In this document: positions 1 to 6,295 of the stretch, one piece after another
Numbering within the stretch: position 1 is the stretch's first letter
How the letters are laid out: each line of letters begins with the position of its first letter
Assembly (NCBI GenBank): GCA_043228905.1
Contig: JBHGNT010001408.1
Coordinates: forward strand, 1-8,886
DNA from: Azolla caroliniana
Taxonomy: Eukaryota; Plantae; Polypodiophyta
Length of the DNA stretch: 8,886 bases
Reading direction: 5' to 3'
Notes under the pieces: generated by a model
The model's database searches: none
What the model was told of the DNA's origin: nothing
Seen by the model: only the letters and a program-made list of their open reading frames with translations
Translations under genes and position numbers: made by a program

Positions 1-100
1 AGGCAATAAAATGAATGTAATCAGTTGTAGCATCTGAAAGCCAAATAACTACTGATAAACAATGTTTAGATTACCTTGCAAAGAACAAAATATGGTCTAC

Positions 101-185
101 CTTTACACTACTAATACTCATCACTGTTTCTTTAAAAGGGGACAGAACAGAATCAGGAAGTGCTGAGTCCACTAGCTCCTGCAAG
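101..185 (-). CDS. MTP6: MTP6-like coding exon 7 (LQELVDSALPDSVLSPFKETVMSISSVK)
   Basis: Acceptor TTTCACAG, donor AAG|GTAGAC, 85 nt, phase 2->0. The ELVD motif marks the start of the cytosolic domain. Confidence 0.9.
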
Positions 186-3100
186 CTGTGAAATAATTAT
201 ATATTAATACTACACTTTCTTGTGCTGTAAAATGGGACACCATCTTAAGGCCACATACAGAGAGCAATCAATTGTTCAACATATAACCATAATGAACACG
301 TCATTTGACCCATCTACAAAGAAGATTCACTTGAGTTATCTTCAAACCTAGCATGACTTTTATGAAGAAGAACATGAATACTGGATTCCATCAGTAGAGC
401 GGCGCCACTGCCGGCCATCAGAAACATGAGGCAAACAAGCATGCATTGGATTTTCACACATCAGTTGATGGACAGTTTTCAAGCATCTGTTTTGATGTTT
501 CAAAACACATTTCAGATGCATCCTCGGTGGGCTCATTCTTCACAGCTCATCTATGGTAAGACTCTCTAAATCCTTAGGGAACCTCTTGCACTCTATGATT
601 CATACTCTCAAAGGCTGGTGGGACCATGCACTCATCCCAAGTACAGCTATCGAATTAAAAGATAAAAAGAATTTCACTAGGATGATTTATGGCATACCTT
701 TGGTAACCAGTTTGCAGGCCAGCTCTAATAATCAAGCCAGACACCAAAAGACCAGCCGCAGGATCTAGGAAATTCCATCCTAACATTGCACCTCCTGTAT
801 AATGGATAAATAAACGAACTTTTCATATCAGAAGAAATAGAGAACTTAAGTAGAACCTACCAACACCAAGGAGGGCAATCACTGAAGAGATTGCATCACT
901 TCGATGATGCCATGCATTTGCTTTCAATAGCTCACTTCCACGTGCATCTCCCACCTTTTTGGTGATCCAAAATAACCTGGAAATACGTAAAACCAAGTAA
1001 AAAATGAGATTAGCCTCCATATTTTACTACAAGGCTGAAAAGCCAACAAGAGGCTATTGCACTATGACAGATAGAATCAATATTATATCTGTGTTTGCTC
1101 ATCATAGATTAATAAAATCTTCATCCAAAAATGAGGTGCAAAATCCTTCCTAAAAATCTGGAATTGAAAATGTAACAAAGATAATTACTGATAATTAAGA
1201 AATGAAACAATATAAAACCCTTTGTGTATAGTGTCATATCAACAATACCCCTTGTATTTTCAATAATATCAAAATTCATTCTTGGACAACAAGTAGCTTA
1301 TAAATTTTAGTTTTCCCTTGAATTCAGAGCCTGATAAAATAAAAATTCCCTCTTTTTCTATCAAGAAGGCGTAATTTTCTAATTCTTATGATGCTTAATA
1401 TTGTACTCATAGATTGACCCATGCATGATATTCGCCATCCGTAATATTCGAGAATACAAAATAACCCCAAGAATATTACAGAACCCATTCGTTTATTTAT
1501 TTATTATTTATTATTTAAAAAAAAACAACTATTTTTACATCTATTATAAAAATATTATTACTCCCCTTTTTAATGTCAGATAAAAATATCAAATTTTGTG
1601 GGAGGGTAAAAAGTGGGGGATTAATGAATCTTTTATTTATTATTTATTATTATTATTTAAAAAAAAACAAATACTTTTAAGTTTTACATCTATTATAAAA
1701 ATATTATTAGTGTGAGGTCCCCTTTTTAATGTCAGATAAAAATATCAAATTTTGTGGGAGAGTAACAAGTGGGGAATCAATGAACCTTTTATTTATTTAC
1801 TTATTATTTTATTAAAAAATAAAACAAATACTTTTAAGTTGTATATCTATTATAAAAATATTATTAGTGTGAGGTTCCCTTTTTAATGACAGATAAAAAT
1901 ATCAAATAAAGTGGGAGAGTAAAAAGTGGGGAATTAATGAACCTTATACTTATTTTATTTATTATTTATTTAAAAAAAATAAATACTTTTAAGTTTTACA
2001 TGAATTATAAAAATATTATTAGTCTAAGTCTGCTTTTTAATGTGAAGCAAAATATCCCCTTTTTATTGTCAAATTCCTCTTTGTTATAAATATTAACTTA
2101 TATGATATATCTAAGAGACTAAAAAGTAGGGACTTTATGAACTCTCTTTTTTTAAACGAATATTTTTCATGCATTCGTATGCATTCGTTTGGTAACCCCC
2201 ATGAATGTAATATGTCAATCTATGACTGTACTGATTAGGAATACCGATGAAGATGCTTTATATTTTTAGTAGCATGTTTTACATTCTTATTAATTACCTC
2301 ATCTCAACATTCATCTAACTAGTATGCTTAATGTTTTGAATAGCATGCCTGATATTCTCATTAATATTCTTATTGAAGTTTGCAATATAACTGCGATGTT
2401 TGTTATTCTCAATAAGATACGATTATTTTCTATTAAGAAAGCACTGACCCTTCTTTGACACCAATGGAAAGCAAAGCTGCAGTGAGTGCTAGAGCCTGGT
2501 ACTCTTTGTCAATACCATGATACTGAACCCCATGTGCATGACTATGTGCAATGGTAGCAGTATGTTCTACTGCAGGCCCTATAGAAGAGATTAAGGTTGC
2601 ACCATCTATTGTAGAGACAAAACCCTGTAAAAACATTGTATTCCCTAAGTTACAATCGTTATTTAACCCAAATCAGATATCTTACTTAATCTATAACATC
2701 AGAAGCGGATTTCCAAAATGTGGTTGTATGACAAAATACTAAGTTAAAATATGCTTTAAATTGTTTAAAGGTTAACCAAGACATCAGCAACTTCATATAA
2801 GAACACTCTTTTCTTGCCTGTATCACTTCAAAAGCATGCCATCCAATCCCAACTCCAGTAAAAATAAGCATGCTCGAGATCCCCAAGGCTCCTAGTGTCT
2901 CAAATTTTCCGTGACCTGCAGTGCCTCAGCATTAAGCATTAAGCATGATCCCATGACAAACCGTTGACTTATGCGAGTGCATGGCAAATACCATAAGGAT
3001 GCATTTGGTCCTTGGGAGCTCTTGCTGCCTTAAAAATCCACAACGCCACTCCACTAAGTACCTGTAAAAGGTTGTTGTTTTACAGAAGTTGATATTGTCT

Positions 3101-4522
3101 GAGAAATTTTCGTAAAATATTCTTGAATTCTATATTTTCATGTATCATCAATACCCTAAAAACAATATCTTACTTTTCATCTTCTAGAAATGATTTGGAG
3201 GAGACATCCAAACTTAACCAAGATATAACTAGGTATTTCTCAAAAACAAATACCAGAAAAATGGTTGAAAGTCCTCTTTATAACCTATTTAACATGGAGA
3301 GGTTGAGTAAACTGCTACAATGCATTACACCAGTTCTATCAAAATTTCTGGTGTGGAATTGACTTGTTGAAGAGATAATCTACCTAGAGTGAAATAGTCT
3401 TCAACAGTCTTGCCTACATAGCTGGTCTTTTAGCCTCTGGAGCACCATTGCCTTTCAGGCTATTTAGATATCTTGACTGTTGTGACCTTTGAAGCTGAAT
3501 CCAAGAAAGAAAGCTTGTTGATTAAGGACATTGATAACAAATTTGGTTACCCTTCCTACAAGTTCTAACAGCCACAAGCTCATGCCAGGGAGACACAATT
3601 GGCAGCATCTGATGTACATCTCCCACTTCTAACAAAGTTGTAGCACAATGACTCATTTTCCAAGGTCTAAACATTTCGAATATCCAATCACTTAAAGGTT
3701 TTTACAAAACAAACACAAGATAAACAAGTTTACAAGGGGAATATTATTGAAAAACTCATTCACATGCTTAATACTTAAATAACATCAGGTATCGAGCATT
3801 TAAAATAAACGTGCTATCCAAACAAACAAAGCATGAGAAACTCTTACAACATCGGACATGGAGTGTGCGGCATCTGCAATTATCGCAGTGCTTCCTGATA
3901 CGTAACCAGCAAACCCTTTACCGACAGTAAGGAAGACATCTGCAATGAGACCAATTCGTGAAACACGCTCCCCTGCCTCTTCTGAACCATCTTTATCATC
4001 GGAATTATGACGATGATGGACAGGATCAGGATCATGAGCATGACCCATGTGTGTCCGTCTGAATCCCCGTCTGCCATGGATGATTCTCCTAGTAGCATCA
4101 TCAGGATGGGGTACCCTGAATGGTGATATAGATGTTTCGATCATATGGTAAACATGATGCAACTTAGAATGTCTCCACGGAGAATTTATTGTATTATGAT
4201 CTGTAGCCCTGGATGATCTACCATTGAAAGATCTGCTCAAAAGAATGCTGATTCCTGATGTGTTGGAGTTCGGCGGAGTTGTGAATTTGCCAGTTTCTAG
4301 CGTAGGAGAGGAAGGATACTGATATCGGCGATATTCACACACCAAATGAGAACTTGAATTAGAAATGTGGGAGGATGAATCGACTTCGTCTGCTGCGCCG
4401 ACGTCATCCTGTTGGACCACTGCAGTGGAATGCAGGAGAGGAGAAATCCGAGGAGTGTGAGAAGAGGAACTACCGAACCGAGCCCTAGCCGCGAAGACAA
4501 CGATGGATCCCCCTCGCTTCAT
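101..4522 (-). CDS. MTP6: Metal tolerance protein, CDF family group 6 (MTP6/MTPc1-like), 3'-partial. Join of 4522-3848, 3061-2992, 2915-2818, 2624-2449, 976-861, 794-698, 185-101
   Basis: The spliced frame is open over 1317 nt (439 codons) with matching intron phases. It contains GSTAIIADAAHSMSDV, HPYGHGKFETLGALGIS, KEGLFWITK, ANAWHHRSDAISS, FLDPAAGLLVS and ELVDSA, motifs I recognise from plant MTP6/MTPc1. The TM2 and TM5 HxxxD metal-site motifs are intact. The rest of the C-terminal cytosolic domain is not in the window. Confidence 0.93.
698..794 (-). CDS. MTP6: MTP6-like coding exon 6 (GAMLGWNFLDPAAGLLVSGLIIRAGLQTGYQ)
   Basis: Acceptor ATACAG after a 66-nt intron, donor AG|GTATGC, 97 nt, phase 1->2. 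Carries the TM6 LDP motif. Confidence 0.92.
861..976 (-). CDS. MTP6: MTP6-like coding exon 5 (LFWITKKVGDARGSELLKANAWHHRSDAISSVIALLGV)
   Basis: Acceptor TTTCCAG, donor GTAGGT, 116 nt, phase 2->1. Carries the TM5 HHRSD motif. Confidence 0.93.
1408..2224. mobile_element. Non-autonomous TIR DNA transposon (MITE-like, hAT-type ends), 817 bp, in MTP6 intron 4
   Basis: Perfect 11-bp terminal inverted repeats CATAGATTGAC (1408-1418) and GTCAATCTATG (2214-2224). Immediately flanked by ATTGTACT (1400-1407) and ACTGTACT (2225-2232), a 7/8 match consistent with an 8-bp target-site duplication. The interior is AT-rich and non-coding. Confidence 0.8.
1492..2145. repeat. Tandem array of four ~140-160-bp AT-rich units (fourth diverged and longer) inside the TIR element
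   Basis: Units at about 1492-1631, 1632-1787, 1788-1944 and 1945-2145. Each has (TTAT)n, an A-run, TTATAAAAATATTATTA, CTTTTTAATG and AAGT(G/A)GGG..ATGAA. Confidence 0.93.
2449..2624 (-). CDS. MTP6: MTP6-like coding exon 4 (His-containing loop HSHAHGVQYHGID plus TM4)
   Basis: Acceptor TTTTTACAG, donor GG|GTCAGT, 176 nt, phase 0->2. Ends ...LLSIGVKEG. Confidence 0.9.
2818..2915 (-). CDS. MTP6: MTP6-like coding exon 3 (HGKFETLGALGISSMLIFTGVGIGWHAFEVIQ)
   Basis: Acceptor TGCAG, 98 nt, phase 1->0. Ends at the non-canonical donor CAG|GCAAG. Confidence 0.87.
2992..3061 (-). CDS. MTP6: MTP6-like coding exon 2 (VLSGVALWIFKAARAPKDQMHPYG)
   Basis: Acceptor TTTTACAG, donor GTATTT, 70 nt, phase 0->1. 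Carries the CDF HPYG motif. Confidence 0.92.
3848..4522 (-). CDS. MTP6: MTP6-like coding exon 1 (225 codons): N-terminal extension, His-rich segment, TM1-TM2
   Basis: ATG at 4522-4520 with an in-frame TGA shortly upstream. Ends ...SMSDV followed by donor GTAAGA at 3847 (phase 0). The true start codon is less certain than the 3' boundary. Confidence 0.88.
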
Positions 4523-4542
4523 AACTGTGTGTCAGCTAGATC

Positions 4543-4641
4543 CTGGGAAGGGAAGAGCGGCAATTACCGTGAGACAGACAGACAGACAGAAAGAGAAACA
4601 GACAGGCAGGCAGGCAAGCAGAGGAAACGCAATTTGCTTAC
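4543..4641 (-). other. Predicted 5'-UTR intron of the MTP6-like gene (alternative upstream donors at 4722/4726)
   Basis: Donor AAG|GTAAGC at 4641, pyrimidine-rich body, acceptor CTCTTCCCTTCCCAG ending at 4543, 20 nt before the ATG. Confidence 0.6.
4571..4620. repeat. Compound microsatellite (GACA)n / (CAGG)n
   Basis: gagacagacagacagacagaaagagaaacagacaggcaggcaggcaagca read directly. Confidence 0.85.
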
Positions 4642-4700
4642 CTTACACGCAATCTCAGAAGCCATCAAAAGCAGTCCACTCCTGAGTCCTCACTCTCCCT

Positions 4701-4728
4701 TGCTACTGCTACTGCTACTTACTTACTA
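4701..4728. repeat. Short (TGCTAC)3 followed by (TTAC)n simple repeat
   Basis: tgctactgctactgctacttacttacta read directly. Confidence 0.75.
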
Positions 4729-4746
4729 GTGACTACTCTACTTCTG

Positions 4747-4924
4747 GTTTCTAAAAATAGCAGCAGTGTCCCTTTGGACCGAAGGGACCTCTTTACCTCT
4801 CGGCCTCTGAGGAAGGAAGAGAGCAAGAAGAGTCGGGACTCGACACAATTATCCGAGTAGTTTCTAAAATATCATCGATCGCCCCTTGGATACGAAGGTA
4901 ACCCCTCCCCCAAGCATTACCTCT
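4747..4924. repeat. Degenerate direct repeat pair (4747-4800 and 4860-4924)
   Basis: Shared blocks in the same order: GTTTCTAAAA, CC(C/T)TTGGA, CGAAGG, TTACCTCT. Confidence 0.7.
4809..4832 (-). promoter_or_regulatory. Pyrimidine-rich patch (Y-patch-like), candidate core promoter/TSS region of the MTP6-like gene
   Basis: The minus strand reads CTCTTCTTGCTCTCTTCCTTCCTC about 300 nt upstream of the ATG in a locally CpG-richer zone. Positional inference only. Confidence 0.35.
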
Positions 4925-5316
4925 ACTCTTTGTGATCTTCCTAGTCCCAACCAAAATGTATTTCCGTCACTCCAACCATGAGAAATATGCGAGCTAGACA
5001 TGCGACTTTGGTCTTCTTCAATAACTTGTGAAATAGATTGTCAAATGATACAATACCAAACACATCTATATAAGATTTTTTATACCATATCATTTCGTGG
5101 TAATCCCTGTTAACAATTTCGTATACATTCGTAATCACCAATTGCTTTTAATTCAAGGGGTTGCATTTTTTAAATTAGGCTTTAAGGTGTTTTACTTTAT
5201 GCATAATTTATACATAGGTTGATGGGTGGAATTTAGGAAACTAAATATGAGAGGCATATATGGTTCCCTTAGGATTACTTTTGTCTCTTTTGGACAATGC
5301 TTAAATGTTCACATAA

Positions 5317-5331
5317 TAAACCCTAAACCCT
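5317..5331 (+). promoter_or_regulatory. Telo-box-like motif / two plant telomeric repeats (TAAACCCTAAACCCT)
   Basis: AAACCCTAA at 5318-5326, about 800 nt upstream of the MTP6-like ATG. Function not shown. Confidence 0.4.
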
Positions 5332-5450
5332 TGACTCTACACTCTATACAAGATAGGCCTTGCTTAGTAAGCATGCTCTCCACACAAAGAGCATCTACTA
5401 TCACTAGGAGGGGTACATAGATTTGCCATCTATAATGACCTTTCATAGTA

Positions 5451-5702
5451 ACCAAAATTTAGAGGATTCACATGCTCCCACTTCATGGCAAAGGAACTAG
5501 TAAAATCGATTGTCCTTAGTGTACGCCGCGTTATATCCAAAATCTGGTTACTCTTTTGAGATTGCAGCCAAAATCGAATGCCAAATAATAACCTACCGTA
5601 TGGGACCACAATTACAAGGATTTACATGCTTTCAACTTTGTGGGGAAGGAGTTAATAATTAGATTGTTCTTTGCCTCTACTCAATTGAGGCTGCAGCCAA
5701 AT
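5451..5702. repeat. Degenerate direct repeat pair (~5451-5574 and ~5605-5702) in the intergenic region
   Basis: Shared blocks in the same order: AGGATT(C/T)ACATGCT, AAGGA, GATTGT(C/T)CTT, TACTC..TTGAG..TGCAGCCAAA. Confidence 0.75.
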
Positions 5703-5980
5703 TTATATCCCTCAACATGGCATCTTGTCACTCAAGATAAATAAAATGGGAAAAATGTGTGGGTAAGTTTTGCATTCTCCGTGGAGCTTGTCATTCATGT
5801 TGAGTTATTTAAAACATCTCAATAAATAGTTTAGAGATTTGCTATATTCATGAGAGATTTCTTTTCAAGAGTATAGGACAAGTCTTCGACAATCCTACAC
5901 ATTTCCAAAGAAACTATAAATACAGTTCCCAAAGTATATCAAAGAGCAAATGCGCATTGAAACAGCTTAGTCAAAAAACA

Positions 5981-6295
5981 TCACATGTCCTCTCTTTTTA
6001 GATCCAAGATAATATTCTGTAAAGTCTGCACTTCAGCAATCTTCTCTTTAAGTTGATTTCTCAAGGATTGAATTTCTTTAAAATGGGAGCAACGATCATT
6101 CTTTTGATCCATCAATTTTACCCTCTTCGATATTTCAGATCCCTTTCCTTGAAATCCTAATGCTGAGATATTATCTCTCATATGTTTGCTATCAAAACAT
6201 AACATCTTCCGCACTTTAAGTGACACTTCTGTTACTTTTCCATCTCTATCTGGCACAGCAATCAATAACGCCTTTTGCAGTCTACCATACGAATC
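5981..6295 (-). CDS. SDN: SDN-like terminal coding exon (DSYGRLQK...VRKM...CSHFKEIQSLRNQLKEKIAEVQTLQNIILDLKREDM*)
   Basis: Acceptor ATGCAG, 315 nt to TGA at 5983-5981. The tail has a heptad-like, coiled-coil pattern. Confidence 0.9.
   Translation of the reverse strand, partial: DSYGRLQKALLIAVPDRDGKVTEVSLKVRKMLCFDSKHMRDNISALGFQGKGSEISKRVKLMDQKNDRCSHFKEIQSLRNQLKEKIAEVQTLQNIILDLKREDM

Noticed and set aside
186-697. Intronic C/D-box snoRNA
   Set aside because: CTGA (D-box-like) motifs occur on the minus strand, but I found no matching TGATGA C box with a terminal stem.
553-768. Plus-strand 71-aa ORF
   Set aside because: Antisense to MTP6 exon 6 and intron 6, with no recognisable motif.
1492-2145. 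Tandem array as a CRISPR-like repeat-spacer system
   Set aside because: Whole units are homologous with no unique spacers, the context is a eukaryotic intron, and there are no cas genes.
2551-2742. Plus-strand 63-aa ORF
   Set aside because: Antisense shadow of MTP6 exon 4 running into intron sequence.
3123-3362. Plus-strand 79-aa ORF in intron 1
   Set aside because: TTG start, AT-rich intronic composition, no recognisable domain.
3880-4729. Alternative-frame and antisense ORFs over exon 1 and the leader (3880-4101, 4297-4500, 4412-4729, 4503-4685)
   Set aside because: They overlap the real exon or translate microsatellites (ETDRQTERETDRQ, poly-Leu), so they are expected by-products.
4768-4800. 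Hairpin as a Helitron 3' end
   Set aside because: No CTRR terminus at the expected short distance on either strand.
4941-5420. Intergenic ORFs 4941-5141 (-) and 5226-5420 (+)
   Set aside because: Short, non-ATG starts, no motifs or supporting exon structure.
5416-5433. CATAGATT resembling the left TIR, with a small ATAGAT/ATCTAT stem
   Set aside because: Only 8 nt match, and I found no partner TIR or TSD nearby. A similar chance match occurs near 1104.
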